Shown: positions 40,211 through 48,993 of the stretch, one piece after another | Layout: every line of letters starts with the position of its first letter | Numbering within the stretch: position 1 is the stretch's first letter | DNA from: Candidatus Versatilivorator sp. | GTDB lineage: Bacteria > Acidobacteriota > Terriglobia > Versatilivoradales > Versatilivoraceae | Assembly: GCA_965207735.1 (NCBI GenBank) | Contig: OZ242296.1 | Span: 1,824,001 to 1,888,000 of the forward strand | Reading direction: 5' to 3' | Length of the DNA: 64,000 nt | Notes under the pieces: generated by a model | Told to the model about the DNA's origin: nothing | The model's database searches: none | What the model saw: only the letters and a program-made list of their open reading frames with translations | Position numbers and translations under genes: made by a program

Positions 40211-40405
40211 ATGAAAATCGCGGAGCTTATTCGCAGACTGAAACGGGATGGGTGGGTGTTCCGGAACGTGCGCGGAAGCCATCACCAATTCGTTCACCCC
40301 GAAAAACCCGGACGAGTCACCGTGAAACACCCCAGCAAGGAGATTCCCATCGGTACTCTGCGCAACATCTATCGGCAAGCCAACTGGAAACGGGAGGACC
40401 GCTGA
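40211..40405 (+). CDS. hicA: HicA toxin
   Basis: LKRDGW...RGSHHQF.HP..PGRVTV.HP..EIPIGTL..I.RQA. Confidence 0.93.
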   Translation: MKIAELIRRLKRDGWVFRNVRGSHHQFVHPEKPGRVTVKHPSKEIPIGTLRNIYRQANWKREDR

Positions 40406-40406
40406 T

Positions 40407-40814
40407 ATGCGATACCCGGTTGTGATCCACAAAGATGTCGAGAGCGTTTACGGGGTTACCGTACCGGACCTACCTGGCTGCTGTTCGGCTGGCGAGACGC
40501 TTGAGGAAGCCGTCGAGTCTGCGCAGGAGGCCATCGCCTGCCATTTGGAGGGACTCCTCATGGATGGAGAACCGATACCTGCGACGGAATCGCTCGAAAC
40601 GCATCAAGCGAGCGATGATTACAAGGGTGGGATTTGGGCACTGGTCAATGTCGATATCTCCAAGCTGTCGAGCAAGACGAAACGGATCAACATCACGGTG
40701 CCTGCTCGCGTTCTGGCGATCCTGGACGAAGCTGCGGCGCGAGAAGGGGAAACACGGTCTGGTCTGCTCGCTCGCGCAGCGCTCAGCTACATAGAACGTC
40801 AGTCCACGGAGTAA
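40407..40814 (+). CDS. hicB: HicB antitoxin (RHH C-terminus)
   Basis: YGVTVPDLPGC.SAG.T.EEA...EAI; KRINITVP...D...TRSG.LA. Confidence 0.93.
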   Translation: MRYPVVIHKDVESVYGVTVPDLPGCCSAGETLEEAVESAQEAIACHLEGLLMDGEPIPATESLETHQASDDYKGGIWALVNVDISKLSSKTKRINITVPARVLAILDEAAAREGETRSGLLARAALSYIERQSTE

Positions 40815-41146
40815 CTGGTACACCTAACGCGCTCGCGGACAGACGCAGACATGTCGGGCTGAGCATAGACCCCCGCTGCGATCTCCCGCATGCAGGAGGC
40901 GAGGAAGCCCCGAAACCCGGACGGGACGGGTCACGATCACGCACATCGGCACCAAACCTCTGACGTCGTCGGGGAACAGGGGGGCCTGATTCGGCGTGGA
41001 GTGCTACCACATACCAAAGAGCCCGACCGAAGGAACGCGGTTGTCGGGATGGTGACAAGTCGAGATCGCCCCGATTCAACCTGCGAAGTGGACCCATCCG
41101 GGAGCGCATCGGGTTTTCGAATATGAACGGGGAACAGGAGCAGCGC

Positions 41147-44100
41147 ATGAAGCTTGAAGATCTCCAGGCCAACGCTGCGGTGCGCGGCATCCTGTCCGAC
41201 GGCCTTGTCACGGTGGTCAGCGTGCAGTGGTTCGGCTCCGAAGCGCTTGAGCTGACGTACAAGACACCGACGGGTAAGGTCGCTAATGAGCTCTTGTACC
41301 GTCACGACGAACCCCGGATCGAGATCGTCGAGGTCGGCCGCCCATGGAGCTTCGACGGCGACGGCGCGCTGTTCCGTCTGGTCTCCGAGGCGCAGCGGAT
41401 CCGCCTGGCGCATCTCTTCGACCCGGTGCTCGCCGTGCACACCTCGGTCGTCGAGCCATTGCCCCATCAGATCACCGCGGTCTACGAATCCATGCTGCCC
41501 CGTCAACCCCTTCGCTTTCTTCTCGCCGATGACCCGGGCGCCGGCAAGACGATCATGGCGGGGTTGCTCATCAAGGAGTTGATCGCTCGCGGGGATCTGC
41601 AGCGGTGTCTGATCGTCTGTCCCGGCAGTCTCGCAGAGCAATGGCAGGATGAGCTTTACCGCCGGTTCCAGTTGCCCTTCGACATCCTGACGAACGACAA
41701 GCTCGAAGCCGCGCACACGGGAAACTGGTTCCTGGAAGCCAATCTCGTCATTGCCCGGCTGGATAAGCTCTCTCGCAACGAAGACGTTCAGCAGAAGCTG
41801 CAGGTTCCGGATTGCCGCTGGGATCTCGTCGTGTGCGACGAGGCGCATAAGATGTCGGCGACGTTCTTCGGTGGTGAAGTCAAGTACACGAAGCGCTACC
41901 GGTTGGGGCAACTGCTGTCGAGTCTCACCCGTCATTTCCTGTTGATGACGGCCACGCCGCATAACGGAAAAGAGGAAGACTTTCAGCTCTTTATGGCGCT
42001 TATCGACGGGGACCGATTCGAGGGGCGCTTTCGCGATGGCGTGCATGCCGCCGATGTCTCGGACCTGATGCGGCGCATGGTGAAAGAGAATTTGCTCAAG
42101 TTCGACGGCAGACCGCTATTCCCGGAGCGCATTGCCCACACGGTGCCCTACACCCTCTCCGAGGCGGAAGCCCGCCTTTACAAGGTCGTCACCGCCTACG
42201 TACGCGAGGAATTCAACCGTGCCGAGGCGCTTGAGAACGAACAGCGGGCCGGCGCCATCGGCTTCGCCCTGACGATTCTGCAGCGCCGGCTCGCCTCTTC
42301 ACCGGAGGCCATCTATCAGTCGTTGCGCCGCCGCCGCGAGCGTCTGGAGAGCCGGCTGCGTGAGCTCGAGGTGCTGCAGCGTGGCGGGCAGGCCCCCATC
42401 GCGTTAACGACCGCCGGGCCGGGGCTTGACGCCGAGGATGTCGAGGATCTGGACGAGGCTCCCGAGGACGAAGTCGAGACGGCCGAGGAGGAAATTCTTG
42501 ACCGGGCGACGGCGGCGCGCTCCATCGCGGAGCTGAAGGCTGAGATTGAGACGCTCAAGAATCTGGAAGGTCTTGCGCTTGAAGTGCGGCGCATCGGTGC
42601 GGACACCAAATGGCGAGAGCTGGCAAGCCTGCTCGGTGAAATCTTCACAGCCGGCGGGTTGGCCGGCCGGATCGCGGAACCGGATGTCCCTTACGGCGCG
42701 GGTGAGATCCCGCCCCCAAAATCCTCTCCCCGCCAGAAAATCGTCATCTTCACAGAGCATCGGGACACGCTGAGTTATTTGCACGATCGGATTACGACCT
42801 TGCTGGGGCGCGTGGATGCCGTGGTTCTGATTCACGGCAGCATGGGCCGCGAGGATCGACTCAAGGCCCAAGAGGCCTTCCGCCACGACCCGCACGTGCA
42901 GGTGCTGCTCGCCACGGATGCCGCCGGCGAAGGCATCAACCTGCAACGCGCCCACCTGATGGTGAACTACGATCTGCCCTGGAACCCCAACCGATTGGAG
43001 CAGCGGTTCGGCCGGATTCACCGCATCGGCCAGACCGAAGTGTGTCACCTCTGGAACCTCGTCGCGGATGAAACCAGGGAGGGCGACGTCTATCGCAAGC
43101 TCCTCGACAAGTTGGAGCAAGCGCGGCACACCCTGGGCGGGCAGGTGTTCGATGTGCTCGGCAAGCTCCACTTCGAGGGGCGGCCCCTCCGCGAGCTCCT
43201 GGTCGATGCCATCCGCTACGGCGAACAACCGGAGGTTCGAGCGCGCCTCACGACGGCGGTCGATCATGCCCTGGACCGCGGCAGGCTCCAGGACCTGCTG
43301 GAAGAGCGCGCTCTCGCGCACGACGCCATGGACGCGAGCCAAGTCCACCGAATACGCGAGGAAATGGAGCGGGCCGAAGCCCGCCGTCTACAACCGCACT
43401 ACATCGAATCGTTCTTTCGGGAGGCGTTCCAACGCTTGGGCGGTTCCGCCAAGCAGCGTGAGATGCATCGCTACGAGATCACCCACGTTCCTGCACCGGT
43501 TCGAAATCGAGACCGATTGATTGGGATTGGAGACCCGGTCCTTCTCCGGTACGAGCGCATCGCCTTCGAGAAATCCCTGGTGGCGCCCCAAGGACAGCCG
43601 CTGGCGGCGTTCGTGTGTCCCGGGCACCCCTTGCTGGATGCGGTCATCGACCTGACGCTGGAACGGCACCGCGATCTCCTGAAACGGGGCGCAGTGCTGG
43701 TCGACGAGCGGGACGAGGGCGACAAGCCGCGTGTGCTCTTCTTTCTGGAGCACGCGCTCCAGGATGCGAGCCTGACGCGCTCGGGAGATCGTCGGGTCGT
43801 CTCCAAGCGCATGCTGTACGTGGAACTGGATGCGGACGGCATGACCCGCCATGTCCACTATGCGCCCTACCTCGACTATCGGCCGCTCGCTGAAGACGAT
43901 CCCGGCCTGGAAGAAATCCTCGAGCGGCCGCAATGCGCCTGGATCGACCAGGACATGGAAAGGAAGGCGCAGGGCTACGCCGTTGCGAACGTGGTCCCGG
44001 AGCATCTGGCGGAGGTGCGCGATACGAAGTTGGCGTTGATTGCCAAGACCGAAGTGGCTGTCAAGGATCGCCTCACCAAGGAAATCACCTACTGGGATCA

Positions 44101-44725
44101 TCGCGCCGAGCAACTCAAACTGCAGGAGCAGGCGGGCAAGACCGGGGCGCGTCTGAATTCAGGCGAGGCCCGCAAGCGCGCGGATACGCTGCAAGCACGT
44201 CTCCAGAAGCGCCTTGCGGAACTCAGGCTCGAAGCGCAAATCTCGCCGCTCCCCCCGGTGGTGCTGGGAGGATTGCTGGTCGTGCCCAAGGGGCTCATCG
44301 ATGCAATGAACGGGCGTGGGCCGGCGGATGCAAGAACGGCCGTCGATACACAGGAATCGGCCGCCCGGGCGCGCAACATCATCATGGAGGTTGAGCGAAG
44401 CCTTGGGTTTGACCCGACCGACCGGGAGTTCGAGAAACTGGGGTACGACATCGAGAGCCGCGTGCCGAAGACGGGCAAGCTTCGATTCATCGAGGTCAAG
44501 GGCCGGGCCACCGGCGCGTCAACGGTCACCGTCACTCGCAACGAGATTCTGTACTCCCTGAACAAGCCCGAGGACTTCATCCTCGGGATCGTCGAATTCG
44601 TTGACGGAACAGACCACCGAGTCCACTATGTTCGTCAGCCTTTCCAGCGCGAGCCGGATTTCGGTGTGACCAGTGTAAACTATGACTTCGCGGAGCTACT
44701 TGCGCGGGGGGGGAAGCCGTCATAA
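41147..44725 (+). CDS. SNF2-family helicase with C-terminal DUF3883 (PD-(D/E)XK) nuclease domain
   Basis: LLADDPGAGKT, DEAH, TATPH, EGINLQ, PWNP.RLEQRFGRIHR; C-terminal GYDIES...FIEVKG; RBS AGGAG. Confidence 0.92.
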   Translation: MKLEDLQANAAVRGILSDGLVTVVSVQWFGSEALELTYKTPTGKVANELLYRHDEPRIEIVEVGRPWSFDGDGALFRLVSEAQRIRLAHLFDPVLAVHTSVVEPLPHQITAVYESMLPRQPLRFLLADDPGAGKTIMAGLLIKELIARGDLQRCLIVCPGSLAEQWQDELYRRFQLPFDILTNDKLEAAHTGNWFLEANLVIARLDKLSRNEDVQQKLQVPDCRWDLVVCDEAHKMSATFFGGEVKYTKRYRLGQLLSSLTRHFLLMTATPHNGKEEDFQLFMALIDGDRFEGRFRDGVHAADVSDLMRRMVKENLLKFDGRPLFPERIAHTVPYTLSEAEARLYKVVTAYVREEFNRAEALENEQRAGAIGFALTILQRRLASSPEAIYQSLRRRRERLESRLRELEVLQRGGQAPIALTTAGPGLDAEDVEDLDEAPEDEVETAEEEILDRATAARSIAELKAEIETLKNLEGLALEVRRIGADTKWRELASLLGEIFTAGGLAGRIAEPDVPYGAGEIPPPKSSPRQKIVIFTEHRDTLSYLHDRITTLLGRVDAVVLIHGSMGREDRLKAQEAFRHDPHVQVLLATDAAGEGINLQRAHLMVNYDLPWNPNRLEQRFGRIHRIGQTEVCHLWNLVADETREGDVYRKLLDKLEQARHTLGGQVFDVLGKLHFEGRPLRELLVDAIRYGEQPEVRARLTTAVDHALDRGRLQDLLEERALAHDAMDASQVHRIREEMERAEARRLQPHYIESFFREAFQRLGGSAKQREMHRYEITHVPAPVRNRDRLIGIGDPVLLRYERIAFEKSLVAPQGQPLAAFVCPGHPLLDAVIDLTLERHRDLLKRGAVLVDERDEGDKPRVLFFLEHALQDASLTRSGDRRVVSKRMLYVELDADGMTRHVHYAPYLDYRPLAEDDPGLEEILERPQCAWIDQDMERKAQGYAVANVVPEHLAEVRDTKLALIAKTEVAVKDRLTKEITYWDHRAEQLKLQEQAGKTGARLNSGEARKRADTLQARLQKRLAELRLEAQISPLPPVVLGGLLVVPKGLIDAMNGRGPADARTAVDTQESAARARNIIMEVERSLGFDPTDREFEKLGYDIESRVPKTGKLRFIEVKGRATGASTVTVTRNEILYSLNKPEDFILGIVEFVDGTDHRVHYVRQPFQREPDFGVTSVNYDFAELLARGGKPS

Positions 44726-44850
44726 GAGGAAGGAACAAAGAAACGCTCCTATCTGGGCGTCGGGCTGGCGATATTATCGCCAGCGGGGTTATGCAGCGAT
44801 GGCTAAGGTCAGCGCTGCGAATTTTCAACGACGCATCCACTATTAACTCG

Positions 44851-44925
44851 CATTGCAGGTTCGTCGAAGTCGCTCACCCGCTCGATGCCATGACCAAGGA
44901 ATCTGTCCAGAAGCAACCGTTCCGG
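44851..44925 (+). pseudogene. Relic 5' end of a DUF1156 methyltransferase gene
   Basis: HCRFVEVAHPLDAMTKESVQKQPFR aligns by eye with [26 protein letters not shown] at the start of the intact gene at 48990. Confidence 0.65.
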
Positions 44926-44977
44926 TCCTGGCTCGACAGGCTTCCAGCAAGCGGCCTGTACCAACATGAGGTGCCCC

Positions 44978-47680
44978 GTGGCTGCCGATGATGTGATCAC
45001 CAAGGCAAGGGAACTCCCGAACGGCGCGGTGTTCCATCGTTGCGCGCTTCAGGTGAACCCTCACCACTACGATTCCATGTACCGGGGCAGCGCACCTTCC
45101 GGCGATGCTGTCGTTCACGCCGGGGCAATCGTTCAGAAAGCGTCGGACCTCGGCGTCTCCGTGCTCGCCATTACCGACCACAACCATGTCGGCGGCGTCG
45201 CCGCGTTCCGCGCCGCCGCCGAAGGACGTGGCATCCACATCTTTCCCGGCTTCGAGTTGTCGTCGAGCGAGGGTATTCACGTTCTGTGCATCTATGCCCC
45301 CGACACCGCGGACGACCTCCTCGCGCGCTACCTGGGCGGGTTCGGCATCAACGACCCGGAGCCCTCAGCCAGGTTGGCTGACAAGACCTTTGTGGACATC
45401 CTCGCCAAGGTAGGCGAGCAGGGCGGTGTCGCGATTGCTGCCCACGTGACCAACAATAGAGGGCTACTCAAGGTCCTCACCGGTCAGGCGCGCATCCAGG
45501 CGTGGCGGAGTGGGGACTTGCTGGCGATCCAGATTCCCGGCCCCGTTGCCGAATTGCCCCACGGCATGAAGCAAATCGTGGAGAACACGAACCCCGACTA
45601 CCGGCGCGACCCTGCCGCCAAGGATGGGCTCGCCATCGCGGTCGTCTACGCGAAGGACATCGCCAAGCCCGAAGACCTCGACGATCGCTCGGCCACCTGC
45701 TGGATCAAGATGTCAGAGGTGACGATCGAGGGGCTGCGCCAAGCCTTTCTGGATCCCGGCTCGCGCATCCGCAATCCCAAGGAAGGCAAGCTGGAGCCAG
45801 AGGAGCACGCCGAGCTCGTCGCGCTCTCCTGGGAGGGAGGATTTCTCGACGGTGCCGCTATCCACTTCAATCCGAACCTCAACGTCCTGGTCGGGGGCCG
45901 CGGGACCGGCAAGTCGACCGTGATCGAGAGCATCCGCACGGTGTTGGGCCTCGAGGCCATCGGCGACGAGGCGAGTAGGGCCCACCATGGCATCATCCGC
46001 CACGTCCTAAAGAACGGGACCAAGATTTCGCTCCTGGTCCGCGCCCATCGCCCGGCGGTTCGTGAGTACCGCATCGAGCGCACAATCCCGAATCCGCCGC
46101 TGGTCCGGGACGATCATGGCGAGGTGTCCAATCTCTCGCCCCAGGACGTGTTGCCGCGCGTCGAGGTCTTCGGCCAGCACGAGATCTCGGAGCTGACCAA
46201 GAGCCACGAGAAGCAGACCCGCCTGCTCGACCGCTTCGTCGATCGCGATGACGACCTCCCGCGCAAGAAGGCCGACCTGCGCCGCGCGCTGGAGAAGAGC
46301 CGCAAGAGCCTGCTCGACACGCGCGCCGAGTTGGCACAGATCGAGGAGCGCCTGGCAGCGCTTCCGGGCCTCGAAGAGACGCTGGAGCGCTTTCGTGAAG
46401 CCGGGCTCGAGGATCGGCTCAAGGAGCAGAGCCTGCTCGTGCGGGAGGAGCGACTGCTTGCCTCCATTCCGGACCGCCTCGCATCATTCCGCGAATGTCT
46501 CGAGACCCTGAAGCGCGAGGTCCCGATGGACCATGTGTTCCTCTCTGCAAAGGCTCTCGAGGATCTGCCCGGGAAGAAGATCTTGCAGCGCCTGAACGGC
46601 GTCTTCAAAACGCTCGACCTCGAACTCCAGCGAATCGCGAAGGACCTGGAGCAGGCGCTGGCGCGCGCCGACGAGGGTGTCGCCCTGGTGCGCACCGAGT
46701 GGGAGACGCGCAAGAAAGATGTCCAAGAGGTCTACGAGAAGATCCTCCGCGAACTGCAGAAGTCGCGCGTGGACGGCGAGGAGTTTATCCGCCTGCGGCG
46801 GCAGATCGAGGAACTGCGGCCTTTGCGCGAGCGGCAGGCCTCAGCCCGGCGCACCGAGAAGGAGCACGCCGACCGCCGCCGCAGCCTACTGGCGGAGTGG
46901 GAGGACTTCAAGGCGCAGGAGTTCCGACGCTTGGACGGCGCGGCGAAGAGAGTCAACAAGAAGCTCCGCGATCGGGTACAGGTGGAGGTGACCGCGGCAG
47001 GCGACCGCGAGCCGCTGTGCAACCTCCTCCGGGAGAAGGTTGGCGGGCGATTGTCCGAAGCGATCGAAATCCTCCGGGGCGTTCGCGATCTCTCCCTCAC
47101 TCGGTTCGTCGAGGCCTGCCGTTCCGGCGCGGAGGCGCTGAACAAGACATTCGGCATCACGACAGCCCAGGGTGAGCGCCTCGCCAAGGCTGAGCCCGAG
47201 GTGCTGATGCGCGTCGAGGAACTCGACCTGCCCCCGACGACCGCGATCCGACTCAATACGGCTCCCGCCGGGGAGCCCCCGGCGTGGCAGGCGCTCAACA
47301 ATGGCCTCTCCACCGGCCAGAAGGCCACCGCGGTCCTGCTCCTGCTGCTGCTCGAGTCCGAAGCGCCGCTCATCGTCGATCAACCGGAGGACGATCTCGA
47401 CAACCGCTTCATCACCGAGGGCGTCGTCCCGCGCATGCGCGAGGAGAAGCAACGCCGGCAGTTCCTTTTTTCGACCCACAACGCCAACATCCCGGTACTC
47501 GGTGATGCCGAGCTGATCGTTGGCCTTTCCGCCACTGGCGAGGCCGAGCACGGCCGCGCGCGCATCGCCCCTGAGCACATGGGCTCGATCGACGCCAAGC
47601 CCGTGCGCGAGCTGGTCGAGGAGATCCTCGAAGGCGGGAAGGAAGCCTTCGAGCGCCGGCGCCGGAAGTACGGGTTTTGA
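44978..47680 (+). CDS. PHP-domain + SMC/ABC-like ATPase (TrlF/Ppl-like)
   Basis: AITDHN, GFE...IHVL; Walker A GGRGTGKS, long coiled coil, signature LSTGQ, Walker B IVDQPEDDLD, STHN. Confidence 0.88.
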   Translation: MAADDVITKARELPNGAVFHRCALQVNPHHYDSMYRGSAPSGDAVVHAGAIVQKASDLGVSVLAITDHNHVGGVAAFRAAAEGRGIHIFPGFELSSSEGIHVLCIYAPDTADDLLARYLGGFGINDPEPSARLADKTFVDILAKVGEQGGVAIAAHVTNNRGLLKVLTGQARIQAWRSGDLLAIQIPGPVAELPHGMKQIVENTNPDYRRDPAAKDGLAIAVVYAKDIAKPEDLDDRSATCWIKMSEVTIEGLRQAFLDPGSRIRNPKEGKLEPEEHAELVALSWEGGFLDGAAIHFNPNLNVLVGGRGTGKSTVIESIRTVLGLEAIGDEASRAHHGIIRHVLKNGTKISLLVRAHRPAVREYRIERTIPNPPLVRDDHGEVSNLSPQDVLPRVEVFGQHEISELTKSHEKQTRLLDRFVDRDDDLPRKKADLRRALEKSRKSLLDTRAELAQIEERLAALPGLEETLERFREAGLEDRLKEQSLLVREERLLASIPDRLASFRECLETLKREVPMDHVFLSAKALEDLPGKKILQRLNGVFKTLDLELQRIAKDLEQALARADEGVALVRTEWETRKKDVQEVYEKILRELQKSRVDGEEFIRLRRQIEELRPLRERQASARRTEKEHADRRRSLLAEWEDFKAQEFRRLDGAAKRVNKKLRDRVQVEVTAAGDREPLCNLLREKVGGRLSEAIEILRGVRDLSLTRFVEACRSGAEALNKTFGITTAQGERLAKAEPEVLMRVEELDLPPTTAIRLNTAPAGEPPAWQALNNGLSTGQKATAVLLLLLLESEAPLIVDQPEDDLDNRFITEGVVPRMREEKQRRQFLFSTHNANIPVLGDAELIVGLSATGEAEHGRARIAPEHMGSIDAKPVRELVEEILEGGKEAFERRRRKYGF

Positions 47681-47691
47681 GGAGCGGTGCG

Positions 47692-48993
47692 ATGAACCGA
47701 ACCGAGCTGGAAGAGCTGATCCGCAACGGCGAGAACTCGGGCGTCGAGTTCAAGCGTGACGATGTCGTTCCTGAGCGACTTGCCAAGGAGTTGGCGGCGC
47801 TGCTGAACCTGGAGGGGGGGCATCTCCTCCTCGGCGTTGAAGATGACGGCACCGTTACGGGTTTGACCCGCGAACCGAAGCAGGTCGAGGAATGGATCAT
47901 GGAGGTCGCGCGTGTCCACCTTCGCCCGGCGGCCATTCCGTTCTGGGAGACCCTGACGCTGGACGATGGAAATGTCGTCGGAGTCATCTCGCTTCCCGCC
48001 GACGCGCCGGACAAACCCTACAAGGCCAAGCGCGGAACGGCGTGGATGACGCAGGTTCGGGTGGGCACGACCACCCGCGATGCGACGGACGCAGAGGAAG
48101 CGCGCCTCTACATGCAGTCCGGGCACCTACAGTACGACCGCAAGCCGATTCCCGGCGCGACGATTGACGACCTCGACTTGCGACGCCTGGTGAACTACTT
48201 CCGTGACTTGCGCCAGCAAGGGGCCCCAGAGTACACAGACATCGAGTCCTGGCTCCGCCTGCTGGTCAACACAGAGTTGATGGTCGAGGACCACACCCGG
48301 CCAATGCCGAGCGCGGGCGGGCTGCTGCTGTTCGGCCTGAAGCCAAACCGCTTCCTCCCCCAGGCCGGAATCAGCGCAGTGGCCTACTCCGGCGCTAAGA
48401 AGGACTATGACGCAAAGGCCCGAGCGACGCTACGAGGGCCCGCAGTGTCCCTGTTCCCAGCCCCGTCGGACGATCCCGGGCAGCCGCTCTACCCCCTGCT
48501 GCCACGTGCTTTTTCCGAAGCTGGCAACGCCGGCAACGCCGTTGAAGCTGGCGTCATCGAGCAAGCCCTCGACTTCGTGTGCCGCAACATCGAAATGACC
48601 GCCTGGATCGAGAACGGTGGGCGGCGCCTGGAGCGCTGGGACTACCCGCTCGAAGCCGTGCGCGAAGCGCTGGTTAACGCGGTCGCGCACCGCGACTACA
48701 CCATCACCGTGACCGACATCGAGCTTTCCATCTACACCGACCGGATCGAGATCATCTCTCCCGGGCGCCTCCCGAACACGGTCACCGTCGACAAGATGCG
48801 GGCCGGATACCGCGCCTCGCGCAACGAGTTGATCAAGGAGGTGCTGCGCGACTACCGCTACATCGAAGCCACCGGCCTTGGAGTGCCGCGCAAGATCATA
48901 GACGGGATGCGCACGCACAATGGCACCGAGCCTGACCTCATCGAAGAGGATGATCGCTTTTTGGTGCGCCTGTGGAAGGAAGCGAGATCGTGA
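47692..48993 (+). CDS. AlbA_2 (Schlafen-like) domain + HATPase_c_4 domain protein
   Basis: [25 protein letters not shown]; [23 protein letters not shown]. Confidence 0.88.
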   Translation: MNRTELEELIRNGENSGVEFKRDDVVPERLAKELAALLNLEGGHLLLGVEDDGTVTGLTREPKQVEEWIMEVARVHLRPAAIPFWETLTLDDGNVVGVISLPADAPDKPYKAKRGTAWMTQVRVGTTTRDATDAEEARLYMQSGHLQYDRKPIPGATIDDLDLRRLVNYFRDLRQQGAPEYTDIESWLRLLVNTELMVEDHTRPMPSAGGLLLFGLKPNRFLPQAGISAVAYSGAKKDYDAKARATLRGPAVSLFPAPSDDPGQPLYPLLPRAFSEAGNAGNAVEAGVIEQALDFVCRNIEMTAWIENGGRRLERWDYPLEAVREALVNAVAHRDYTITVTDIELSIYTDRIEIISPGRLPNTVTVDKMRAGYRASRNELIKEVLRDYRYIEATGLGVPRKIIDGMRTHNGTEPDLIEEDDRFLVRLWKEARS

